From contig OZ024740.1 in the NCBI GenBank assembly GCA_964016885.1, positions 8,370,001-8,434,000 on the forward strand: a stretch of 64,000 bases of DNA, written 5' to 3'. This DNA is from Eledone cirrhosa. Taxonomy: Eukaryota. Positions 14,265 to 25,500 of the stretch are shown in pieces. Numbering within the stretch: the first letter of the stretch is position 1; every line of letters begins with the position of its first letter. Position numbers and translations under genes: made by a program. The notes beneath the pieces were generated by a model. That model saw only the letters and a program-made list of their open reading frames with translations. It made no database searches and had not been told where the DNA came from.

Positions 14265-17137
14265 GGGTGGGAAATGACGATGGGATGGGTGGTGTAGGTA
14301 TACTATTAGCTGACAAGTGGGTAGATAAAGTAATCTCAGTGTACAGGGTAAATGCAAGAATCATTAAACTCAGACTAGTCCTGAATAAGACAATTACCAC
14401 AATAATATCAGCTTACGCACCCCAATCGGGGCTGCCAGACGAACTTAAGGATAGGTTTTACGAGTCCCTAATACACACTACTGCTCTAACAGACGACAAG
14501 GACTTCCTAATCATTGCAGGAGATTTTAACGGACACGTAGGTAAACACTGCGACGGCTTCAATAGAGTACATGGAGGCCATGGAGTTGGCACAAGGAATG
14601 AGGAAGGATTCAGACTTCTAGAATTCTGCGACGCCAATGACATGTCGATATGTAACACAAACTTTAAAAAACCCGACAACCACCTGATCACCTATAGATC
14701 AGGGGAGCACTCTAGTCAGTTAGATTTTATCCTCATCAGAGGACGTGACAGATGGACGGTCGTAAACACAAAAGCCTTCCCTAGTGAGGAATGTACATCC
14801 CAACATAGCTTAGTTGTCAGCGACCTCACGGTCAGAACTAGACGAGCCCTGAAACAGAGGCCAACCTGGAGAAGAAAGATCTGGAAGCTGAAAGTCCCCT
14901 CAACCAGTAACAGATTTAAAGATATTTTACTCAACGCCTACGACAGTAAAGAAGAACAGATAGAGACATTTAACGTAGAAGAGAACTGGGAGTTCCTAAA
15001 AAATAACTTACTAGAGGCGACGGATGAGGTTTGTGGCTGGAGTAAGACCTCAAGCAGGAGGAGAGTGACTTGGTGGTGGAACAATAAGGTAGATGAAGCA
15101 GTCAAGGCCAAGAGACAGGCATGGAAAGAATGGAAGAACGGGGGGAGCAGGGTACATTACATAGAGACCAAGAGGGAAGCTAGGCGACAAGTATACTTAG
15201 CTAGGAGGGAAGCAGAGGATAGAAAATTCAAGCATGTTTTACAACGTGAGGACCAGAAACAGGAGGTATTCAAGATTGCGAGGCAGTGTGTCAGAGATAG
15301 TTGTGATGTCATTGGAGAGAAGTGTATCCGGAATGATAAAGGTGAGCTTGCCCTCACAAGTGCTGAGAAGAAAGATGCATGGAAGAGTCATTATGATAGA
15401 TTACTAAATGAGGAGAATGCATGGGAAGAAGAGACCCTACCCCACGTAGACCCTATAGAGGGACCAGCAGTACAAGTCAGCGGCAGCGTAGTAAGTAAGG
15501 CAATCAGAGATATGAAGATAGGGAAGGCAACCGGTCCATCGGGTATAGCTGCCGAGATGCTGAAGGCATCTGGGTCTGTAGGTCACACTATAACCACACG
15601 TATCGTTAACCAGGTAATACTAGAGGGGGCCATACCAAAAGATTGGTGCAGTAGCATCATTGTCAACTGCTACAAAGGTAAAGGCGATGCACTAGATAGA
15701 GGAAACTATAGAGGTATAAAGTTGATGGACCAGGTCATGAAAGTAACAGAAAGAGTTATAGCACAGCTGATTAGGGACCGGGTGAATATAGACGAGATGC
15801 AATTTGGGTTTGTTCCAGGGAAAGGCACCACTGATGCGCTCTTCCTTGTGAGGCAATTACAGGAAAAGTACCTAGCTAAAAGTAAGCCACTCTACTTGGC
15901 ATTTGTCGACCTTGAGAAAGCCTTTGACAGAGTTCCACGTGCAGTAATCTGGTGGGCTCTTAGAAAACTAGGAGTAGATGAATGGCTTGTGAAAGCGGTA
16001 CAAGCCATGTATAGGGGAGCAGTCAGCAAAGTTAGGATTGGCAATGAGTATAGCGAGGAATTTAGCGTACAGGTTGGGGTCCACCAGGGCTCTGTTCTTA
16101 GCCCTCTCCTGTTCATCATAGTCCTGCAGGCAATAACGGAGGAGTTTAAGACCGGATGCCCATGGGAACTCCTGTATGCTGATGACCTCGCACTCATAGC
16201 TGAATCTATGGTAGAACTAGAGAATAAATTCCAAACCTGGAAGCAGGGACTAGAGAGAAAGGGCCTCAAAGTCAACATGACAAAGACTAAGGTCCTTATA
16301 AGTAGACGAGAAAACAGAACCCAGATCCCCTCAGGGAAATGGCCTTGCTCAGTATGTAGGAAAGGTGTAGGTAGGAACTCCATTCTTTGCCCCAAATGCA
16401 AACAATGGGTACACAAGAGATGTAGCGGGATCTCAGGAAGCTTAATTAAGAATGTAGGATTCACATGCAGCAGCTGTGCTGAAACAGCAAGCAAACAGCC
16501 ACAGGAAACAAGTACCACCAATCTCTGGGAGGGCCCTGTAGAAACAGTAGACAGCTTCTGCTACCTAGGTGACCGAATTAGCAACGGAGGTGGGTGCTCA
16601 GAAAGTACAATAACTAGAGTAAGAACGGGATGGAAGAAGTTTAGGGAACTACTACCACTGCTAGCTGCAAAAGGCTTCTCCCTCAGAATGAAAGGCAGAC
16701 TGTATGATGCGTGTATCCGAACAGCGATGTTGCATGGTAGTGAGACCTGGGCGCTGAAGGTGGAAGACTTACGTAGATTAGAGAGAAACGAAGCCTGCAT
16801 GCTCCGATGGATGTGTAACAGTAATATACGTGAACGACAAAGCATAAATGAATTGAGAGAGAGACTGAGCATAAGAGGAATCAAATGCTGCGTGCAGGAG
16901 AGGCGGTTACGCTGGTATGGACATGTGATGCGTATGAAGGATGACAGCTGCATAAAAAGGTGCAGAGCACTAGAAGTTGATGGAAACCGCGGAGTGGGGA
17001 GACCCAAGATGACTTGGGATGAGGTGATAAAAGCCGACCTTACCCAACTACACCTCTCAAAGTCAATGACACACGACCGTGACTTCTGGCGTCACGCAGT
17101 AATACAGGGTACCCGACCTCCCATGGGTACATGCTGA
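14261..17137 (+). CDS. LINE ORF2-type polyprotein (apurinic-like endonuclease, N-terminally truncated; reverse transcriptase; PHD finger), 958 aa counted from the satellite-derived ATG
   Basis: APE motifs GGVGILL, ISAYAP, IAGDFNGHVG (14519-14530 = GDFN), CNTNF, QLDFIL, SQH. RT motifs NYRGIKLM, QFGF, AFVDLEKAFD, GVHQGSVLSPLLF, YADD (16175-16186), FCYLG (16556-16570). No stops or frameshifts. The first APE motifs, including the metal-binding QE, are lost by truncation. Confidence 0.93.
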   Translation: MWVGNDDGMGGVGILLADKWVDKVISVYRVNARIIKLRLVLNKTITTIISAYAPQSGLPDELKDRFYESLIHTTALTDDKDFLIIAGDFNGHVGKHCDGFNRVHGGHGVGTRNEEGFRLLEFCDANDMSICNTNFKKPDNHLITYRSGEHSSQLDFILIRGRDRWTVVNTKAFPSEECTSQHSLVVSDLTVRTRRALKQRPTWRRKIWKLKVPSTSNRFKDILLNAYDSKEEQIETFNVEENWEFLKNNLLEATDEVCGWSKTSSRRRVTWWWNNKVDEAVKAKRQAWKEWKNGGSRVHYIETKREARRQVYLARREAEDRKFKHVLQREDQKQEVFKIARQCVRDSCDVIGEKCIRNDKGELALTSAEKKDAWKSHYDRLLNEENAWEEETLPHVDPIEGPAVQVSGSVVSKAIRDMKIGKATGPSGIAAEMLKASGSVGHTITTRIVNQVILEGAIPKDWCSSIIVNCYKGKGDALDRGNYRGIKLMDQVMKVTERVIAQLIRDRVNIDEMQFGFVPGKGTTDALFLVRQLQEKYLAKSKPLYLAFVDLEKAFDRVPRAVIWWALRKLGVDEWLVKAVQAMYRGAVSKVRIGNEYSEEFSVQVGVHQGSVLSPLLFIIVLQAITEEFKTGCPWELLYADDLALIAESMVELENKFQTWKQGLERKGLKVNMTKTKVLISRRENRTQIPSGKWPCSVCRKGVGRNSILCPKCKQWVHKRCSGISGSLIKNVGFTCSSCAETASKQPQETSTTNLWEGPVETVDSFCYLGDRISNGGGCSESTITRVRTGWKKFRELLPLLAAKGFSLRMKGRLYDACIRTAMLHGSETWALKVEDLRRLERNEACMLRWMCNSNIRERQSINELRERLSIRGIKCCVQERRLRWYGHVMRMKDDSCIKRCRALEVDGNRGVGRPKMTWDEVIKADLTQLHLSKSMTHDRDFWRHAVIQGTRPPMGTC

Positions 17138-17446
17138 AGCATATAAACAATATGCCCCCCCCCCCCCCACCGCAAGGTGGTCGTGGAGGTGCCACGGCAA
17201 AAAAGCACCCAGCCCACACTGTAAAGTGGACGTGTAGGCGCCACGAAAAAGCACCCAGCACTCACTGTAAATGAGGTTGGTGTTAGGAAGGGCATCCAGC
17301 TGTAGAAATCAAGCCAGATCAGTTCCTGTATGAGCAAGGCATGGTCAGCCGACCAGACACTGCCCACAACAGGACAACCCGTCTAACCCATGCTAGCGTG
17401 GAAGAACGGACGTAAAACGGTGATAATGATGATGATGATGATGATG
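14265..17446 (+). mobile_element. RTE-clade LINE, 5'-truncated, young copy; flanked by ATGT (14261-14264 and 17447-17450)
   Basis: Single ORF with APE and RT domains, an RTE-type C-terminus (MLHGSETW..RLERNE..MLRW..RRLRWYGHVMR..GRPKMTW) and no C-terminal CCHC knuckle. Followed by a ~280-nt 3' UTR and a GAT-AAT-(GAT)7 tail. Confidence 0.96.
16346..16477 (+). other. PHD-type zinc finger (C4HC3) inserted within the RT
   Basis: CSVC-x10-CPKC-KQWV-H-KR-C-x14-CSSC = C-x2-C-x10-C-x2-C-x4-H-x2-C-x14-C-x2-C. An aromatic residue (F) sits two positions before the 7th ligand, and W two before the His. Confidence 0.85.
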
Positions 17447-17448
17447 AT
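17138..17448 (+). other. Structured LINE 3' UTR: C14 tract, reiterated hairpin modules, terminal nested stem-loop, GAT tail
   Basis: Inverted repeats read by eye: GCATAT/ATATGC (17139-17155), CCACC-GCAA-GGTGG (17167-17180), CGTG/CACG x2, CTCA/TGAG, and CGTCT/GGACG (17380-17412) enclosing CCATG/CGTGG. Confidence 0.8.
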
Positions 17449-20400
17449 GTCAATTTCTATTGGTATATCAGTTTCTATTGGTATATCAGTTTCGATTGAT
17501 ATATCAGTTTCGATTAGTATGTCAGTTTCTACTGGTATGTCAGTTTCGATTAGTATATCAGTTTCTATTGGTATGTCAGTTTCTAATGGTATATCAGTTT
17601 CGATTGGTATATCAGTTTCGATTAGTATGTCAGTTTCTATTGGTATGTTAGTTTCGATTAATATATCAGTTTCTATTGGTATGTCAGTTTCGATCGGTAT
17701 GTCAGTTTCTATTGATATATCAGTTTCGATTGGTATGTCAGTTTCTATTGGTATATCAGTTTCTATTGCTATGTCAGTTTTGATTGGTATATCAGTTTCG
17801 ATTGGTATGTCAGTTTCAATTGGTATATCAGTTCCGATTGGTATGTCAGTTTCGATTGGTATGTCAGTTTCGATTGGTATATCAGTTTCGATTGGTATGT
17901 CAGTTTCGATTGGTATGTCAATTTCGATTGGTATATCAGTTTCTATTGGTATGTCAGTTTCGAGTGGTATGTCAGTTTCTATTGGTATATCAGTTTCGAT
18001 TTGTATATCAGTTCCTATTGCTATATCTGTTTCTATTGGTATGTCAGTTTCAATTGGTATGTCAGTTTCGATTGGATTGTCAGTTTCGATTGGTTTATCA
18101 GTTCCGATTGGTATGTAAGTTTTGATTGGTATGTCAGTTTCGATTGGTATATCAGTTTCGATTGGTATATCAGTTTCTATTGGTATGTCAGTTTCTACTG
18201 GTATGTCAGTTTTGATTGGTATATCCGTTTCAATTGGTATGTCAGTTTCGATTGGTATGTCAGTTTCGATTGGCATATCAGTTCCGATTGGTATGTCAGT
18301 TTCGATTGGTATGTCAGTTTCGATTGGTATGTCAGTTTTGATTGGTATGTCAATTTCGATGTGTATATCAGTTTCTATTAGAATGTTAGTTTCTATTGGA
18401 ATATCAGTTTCGATTGGTATATCTGTTTCGATTAGTATTTCAGTTTCTATTTGTATGTTAGTTTCGATTAGTATATCAGTTTCAATTGGTATGGCAGTTT
18501 CGATCGGTATGTCAGTTTCTATTGATATATCAGTTTCGATTGGTATATCAGTTTCGATTGGTATATCAGTTTCATTGGTATGTCAGTTTCTATTGGTATA
18601 TCAGTTTCGATTGGTATGTAAGTTTCTATTGGTATGTCAGTTTCGATTGGTATATCAGTTTCGAATGGTATGTCAGTTTCTATTGTTATATCAGTTTCTA
18701 TTTGTATGTCAATTAGGATAGGTATGTTAGTTTCTATTGGTATATCAGTTTCGATTGGTATGTCAGTTTCTATTGGTATGTCAGTTTCTATTGGTATATC
18801 AGTTTCTATTGGTATGTCAGTTTTGATTGGTATATCAGTTTCGATTGGTATGTCAGTTTCTATTGGTATGTCAGTTTCGATTGGTAAATCAGTTCCGATT
18901 GGTATGTCAGTTTCGATTGGTATGTCAGTTTCGATTGGTATGTCAGTTTCGATTGGTATATCAATTTCGATGTGTATATCAGTTTCTATTAATATGTTAG
19001 TTTCTATTGGAATATCAGTTTTGATTGGTATATCTGTTTCGATTAGTATTTCAGTTTCGATTGGTATATCAGTTTCTATTGGTATGTCAGTTTCTATTGG
19101 TATGTCAGTTTCTATTGGGATATCAGTTTCGATTGGTATATCAGTTTCGATTGATATATCAGTTTCGAATAGTATGTCAGTTTCTACTGGTATGTCAGTT
19201 TCGATTAGTATATCAGTTTCTATTGGTATGTCAGTTTCGATTGGTATATCAGTTTCGATTTGTATATCAGTTCCTATTGCTATATCAGTTTCTATTGGTA
19301 TGTCAGTTTCAATTGGTATGTAAGTTTCGATTGATGTATCAGTTTCGATTGGTATGTCAGTTTTTGATTGGTATATCAGTTTCGATTGGTATGTCAATTT
19401 CAATTAGTATATCAGTTTCTATTGGTATATCAGTTTCGATTTGTATGTCAGTTTCGAATAGTATATCAGTTTCTATAGGTATGTCAATTTCTATTGGTGT
19501 ATTAGTTTCTATTGGTATATCAGTTTCGATTGATATATCAGTTTCGATTAGTATGTCAGTTTCTACTGGTATGTCAGTTTCGATTAGTATATCAGTTTCT
19601 ATTGGTATGTCAGTTTCTAATGGTATATCAGTTTCGATTGGTATATCAGTTTCGATTAGTATGTCAGTTTCTATTGGTATGTTAGTTTCGATTAGTATAT
19701 CAGTTTCTATTGGTATGTCAGTTTCGATCGGTATGTCAGTTTCTATTGATATATCAGTTTCGATTGGTATGTCAGTTTCTATTGGTATATCAGTTTCTAT
19801 TGGTATGTCAGTTTTGATTGGTATATCAGTTTAGATTGGTATGTCAGTTTCGATTGGTATGTCAGTTTCAATTGGTATATCAGTTCCGATTGGTATGTCA
19901 GTTTCGATTGGTATGTCAGTTTCGATTGGTATATCAGTTTCGATTGGTATGTCAGTTTCGATTGGTATGTCAATTTCGATTGGTATATCAGTTTCTATTG
20001 GTATGTCAGTTTCGAGTGGTATGTCAGTTTCTATTGGTATATCAGTTTCGATTTGTATATCAGTTCCTATTGCTATATCTGTTTCTATTGGTATGTCAGT
20101 TTCAATTGGTATGTCAGTTTCGATTGGATTGTCAGTTTCGATTGGTTTATCAGTTCCGATTGGTATGTAAGTTTTGATTGGTATGTCAGTTTCGATTGAT
20201 ATATCAGTTTCGATTGGTATATCAGTTTCTATTGGTATGTCAGTTTCTACTGGTATGTCAGTTTCGATTGGTATGTCAGTTTCGATTGGCATATCAGTTC
20301 CGATTGGTATGTCAGTTTCGATTGGTATGTCAGTTTCGATTGGTATGTCAGTTTTGATTGGTATGTCAATTTCGATGTGTATATCAGTTTCTATTAGAAT

Positions 20401-22519
20401 GTTAGTTTCTATTGGAATATCAGTTTCGATTAGTATTTCAGTTTCTATTTGTATGTTAGTTTCGATTAGTATATCAGTTTCAATTGGTGTGTCAGTTTCG
20501 ATCGGTATGTCAGTTTCGATCGGTATGTCAGTTTCTATTGATATATCAGTTTCGATTGGTATATCAGTTTCGATTGGTATATCAGTTTCATTGGTATGTC
20601 AGTTTCTATTGGTATATCAGTTTCTATTGGTATGTCAGTTTTGATTGGTATATCAGTTTCGATTGGTATGTCAGTTTCGATTGGTATGTCAGTTTCGATT
20701 GGTATATCAGTTTCGATTGGTATGTCAGTTTCGATTGGTATGTCAATTTCAATTGGTATATCAGTTTCTATTGGTATGTCAGTTTCGTGTGGTATGTCAG
20801 TTTCTATTGGTATATAAGTTTCGATTGATATATCAGTTTCGATTAGTATGTCAGTTTCATCTGGTATGTCAGTTTCGATTAGTATATCAGTTTCTATTGG
20901 TATGTCAGTTTTGATTGGTATATCAGTTTCGATTCGTATATCAGTTCCTATTGCTATATCTGTTTCTATTGGTATGTCAGTTTCAATTGGTATGTCAGTT
21001 TCGTTTGGATTGTCAGTTTCGATTGGTTTATCAGTTCCGATTGGTATGTAAGTTTTGATTGGTATGTCAGTTTCGATTGGTATATCAGTTTCGATTGGTA
21101 TGTCAGTTTCGATTGGTATGTCAGTTTCTATTGATATATCAGTTTCGATTGGTATGTCAGTTTCTATTGGTATATCAGTTTCTATTGGTATGTCAGTTTT
21201 GATTGGTATATCAGTTTCGATTCGTATGTCAGTTTCGATTGGTATGTCAGTTTCGATTGGTATATCAGTTCCGATTGGTATGTCAGTTTCGATTGGTATG
21301 TCAGTTTCGATTGGTATATCAGTTTCGATTGGTATGTCAGTTTCGATTGGTATGTCAATTTCGATTGGTATATCAGTTTCTATTGGTATGTCAGTTTCGA
21401 GTGGTATGTCAGTTTCTATTGGTATATCAGTTTCGATTTGTATATCAGTTCCTATTGCTATATCTGTTTCTATTGGTATGTCAGTTTCAATTGGTATGTC
21501 AGTTTCGATTGGATTGTCAGTTTCGATTGGTTTATCAGTTCCGATTGGTATGTAAGTTTTGATTGGTATGTCAGTTTCGATTGGTATATCAGTTTCGATT
21601 GGTATATCAGTTTCTATTGGTATGTCAGTTTCTATTGGTATGTCAGTTTCTATTGGGATATCAGTTTCGATTGGTATATCTGTTTCGATTGATATATCAG
21701 TTTCGAATAGTATGTCAGTTTCTACTGGTATGTCAGTTTTGATTGGTATATCAGTTTCGATTGGTATGTCAGTTTCGATTGGTATGTCAGTTTCGATTGG
21801 CATATCAGTTCCGATTGGTATGTCAGTTTCGATTGGTATGTCAGTTTCGATTGGTATGTCAGTTTTGATTGGTATGTCAATTTCGATGTGTATATCAGTT
21901 TCTATTAGAATGTTAGTTTCTATTGGAATATCAGTTTCGATTGGTATATCTGTTTCGATTAGTATTTCAGTTTCTATTTGTATGTTAGTTTCGATTAGTA
22001 TATCAGTTTCAATTGGTATGTCAGTTTCGATCGGTATGTCAGTTTCTATTGATATATCAGTTTCGATTGGTATATCAGTTTCGATTGGTATATCAGTTTC
22101 ATTGGTATGTCAGTTTCGATTGGTATATCAGTTTCTATTGGTATGTCAGTTTTGATTGGTATATCAGTTTCGATTGGTATGTCAGTTTCGATTGGTATGT
22201 CAGTTTCGATTGGTATATCAGTTTCGATTGGTATGTCAGTTTCGATTGGTATGTCAATTTCAATTGGTATATCAGTTTCGATTTGTATATCAGTTCCTAT
22301 TGCTATATCTGTTTCTATTGGTATGTCAGTTTCAATTGGTATGTCAGTTTCGTTTGGATTGTGTGTTTCGATTGGTTTATCAGTTCCGATTGGTATGTAA
22401 GTTTTGATTGGTGTGTCAGTTTCGATTGGTATATCAGTTTCGATTGGTATATCAGTTTCTATTGGTATGTCAGTTTCTATTGGTATGTCAGTTTAAATTG
22501 GGATATCAGTTTCGATTGG

Positions 22520-25500
22520 TATATCAGTTTCGATTGATATATCAGTTTCGAATAGTATGTCAGTTTCTACTGGTATGTCAGTTTCGATTAGTATATCAGT
22601 TTCTATTGGTATGTCAGTTTCGATTGGTATATCAGGTCCTATTGCTATATCAGTTTCTATTGGTATGTCAGTTTCAATTGGTATGTAAGTTTCGATTGAT
22701 GTATCAGTTTCGATTGGTATGTCAGTTTCGATTGGTATATCAGTTTCGATTGGTATGTCAATTTCAATTAGTATATCAGTTTCTATTGGTATATCAGTTT
22801 CGATTTGTATGTCAGTTTCGATTAGTATATCAGTTTCTATAGGTATGTCAATTTCTATTGGTATATCAGTTTCTATTGGTATATCAGTTTCGATTGATAT
22901 ATTAGTTTCGATTAGTATGTCAGTTTCTACTGGTATGTCAGTTTCGATTAGTATATCAGTTTCTATTGGTATGTCAGTTTCTAATGGTATATCAGTTTCG
23001 ATTGGTATATCAGTTTTGATTAGTATGTCAGTTTCTATTGGTATGTTAGTTTCGATTAGTATATCAGTTTCTATTGGTATGTCAGTTTCGATCGGTATGT
23101 CAGTTTCTATTGGTATATCATTTTCGATTGGTATGTCAGTTTTGATTGGTATGTCAATTTCGATTGGTATATCAGTTTCTATTGGTATGTCAGTTTCGAG
23201 TGGTATGTCAGTTTCTATTGGTATATCAGTTTCGATTGATATATCAGTTTCGATTAGTATGTCAGTTTCTACTGGTATGTCAGTTTCGATTAGTATATCA
23301 GTTTCTAATGGTATGTCAGTTTCTATTGGTATATCAGATTCGATTGGTATATCACTTTCGATTAGTATGTCAGTTCCGATTGGTATGTCAGTTTTGATTG
23401 GTATATCAGTTTCGATTGGTATGTCAGTTTCGATTGGTATGTCAGTTTCGATTGGTATGTCAGTTTCGATTGGTATGTCAAGTTCGATGTGTATATCAGT
23501 TTCTATTAGTATGTTAGTTTCTATTGGAATATCAGTTTCGATTGGTATATCTGTTTCGATTAGTATTTCAGTTTCTATTTGTATGTATGTTTCGATTAGT
23601 ATATCAGTTTCAATTGGTATGTCAGTTTCGATCGGTATGTCAGTTTCTATTGATATATCAGTTTCGATTGGTATATCAGTTTCGATTGGTATATCAGTTT
23701 CATTGGTATGTCAGTTTCTATTGGTATATCAGTTTCTATTGGTATGTCAGTTTTGATTGGTATATCAGGTTCGATTGGTATGTCAGTTTCGATTGGTATG
23801 TCAGTTTCGATTGGTATATCAGTTTCGATTGGTATGTCAGTTTCGATTGGTATGTCAATTTCAATTGGTATATCAGTTTCTATTGGTATGTCAGTTTCGT
23901 GTGGTATGTCAGTTTCTATTGGTATATAAGTTTCGATTGATATATCAGTTTTGATTAGTATGTCAGTTTCATCTGGTATGTCAGTTTCGATTAGTATATC
24001 AGTTTCTATTGGTATGTCAGTTTTGATTGGTATATCAGTTTTCGATTTGTATATCAGTTCCTATTCCTATATCTGTTTCTATTGGTATGTCAGTTTCAAT
24101 TGGTATGTCAGTTTCGTTTGGATTGTCAGTTTCGATTGGTTTATCAGTTCCGATTGGTATGTAAGTTTTGATTGGTATGTCAGTTTCGATTGGTATATCA
24201 GTTTCGATTGGTATATCAGTTTCTATTGGTATGTCAGTTTCAATTGGTATGTCAGTTTCTATTGGGATATCAGTTTCGATTGGTATATCAGTTTCGATTG
24301 ATATATCATTTTCGAATAGTATGTCAGTTTCTACTGCTATGTCAGTTTCGATTAGTATATCAGTTTCTATTGGTATGTCAGTTTCGATTGCTATATCAGT
24401 TTCGATTTGTATATCAGTTCCTATTGCTATATCAGTTTCTATTGGTATGTCAGTTTCAATTGGTATGTAAGTTTCGATTGATGTATCAGTTTCGATTGGT
24501 ATGTCAGTTTCGATATGTATATCAGTTTCGATTGGTATGTCAATTTCAATTAGTATATCAGTTTCTATTGGTATATCAGTTTCGATTTGTATGTCAGTTT
24601 CGAGTGGTATGTCAGTTTCTATTGGTATATCAGTTTCGATTGATATATCAGTTTCGATTAGTATGTCAGTTTCTACTGGTATGTCAGTTTCGATTAGTAT
24701 ATCAGTTTCTAATGGTATGTCAGTTTCCATTGGTATATCAGATTCGATTGTTATATCACTTTCGATTAGTATGTCAGTTCCGATTGGTATGTCAGTTTTG
24801 ATTGGTATATCAGTTTCGATTGATATGTCAGTTTCGATTGGTATGTCAATTTCGATGTGTATATCAGTTTCTATTAGTATGTTAGTTTCTATTGGAATAT
24901 CAGTTTCTATTGGTATGTCAGTTTTGATTGGTATATCAGTTTCGATTGGTATGTCAGTTTCGATTGGTATGTCAGTTTCGATTGGTATATCAGTTTCGAT
25001 TGGTATGTCAGTTTCGATTGATATATCAGTTTCGAATAGTATGTCAGTTTCTACTGGTATGTCAGTTTCGATTAGTATATCAGTTTCTATTGGTATGTCA
25101 GTTTCGATTGGTATATCAGTTTCGATTTGTATATCAGGTCCTATTGCTATATCAGTTTCTATTGGTATGTCAGTTTCAATTGGTATGTAAGTTTCGATTG
25201 ATGTATCAGTTTCGATTGGTATGTCAGTTTCGATTGGTATATCAGTTTCGATTGGTATGTCAATTTCAATTAGTATATCAGTTTCTATTGGTATATCAGT
25301 TTCGATTTGTATGTCAGTTTCGATTAGTATATCAGTTTCTATAGGTATGTCAATTTCTATTGGTATATCAGTTTCTATTGGTATATCAGTTTCGATTGAT
25401 ATATTAGTTTCGATTAGTATGTCAGTTTCTACTGGTATGTCAGTTTCGATTAGTATATCAGTTTCTATTGGTATGTCAGTTTCTAATGGTATATCAGTTT

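Larger units (their letters stand above)
13371..20610 (+). repeat. Higher-order tandem duplication of ~2034 bp (113 monomers); first copy interrupted by the LINE; boundaries approximate
   Basis: The 13414 and 18634 strings match at offset 5220. Subtracting the 3186 inserted bases leaves 2034 = 113x18. The uninterrupted paralogous site is at 19481. Confidence 0.88.

Noticed and set aside
17155-17168. C14 vs C10 tract as real divergence or a functional G-quadruplex
   Set aside because: Homopolymer length is unstable and error-prone in sequencing, and there is no independent support for function.
14458-17367. Minus-strand ORFs overlapping the LINE (e.g. 15892-16521, 16561-17007)
   Set aside because: Antisense shadows of the ORF2 frame with no recognisable motifs.
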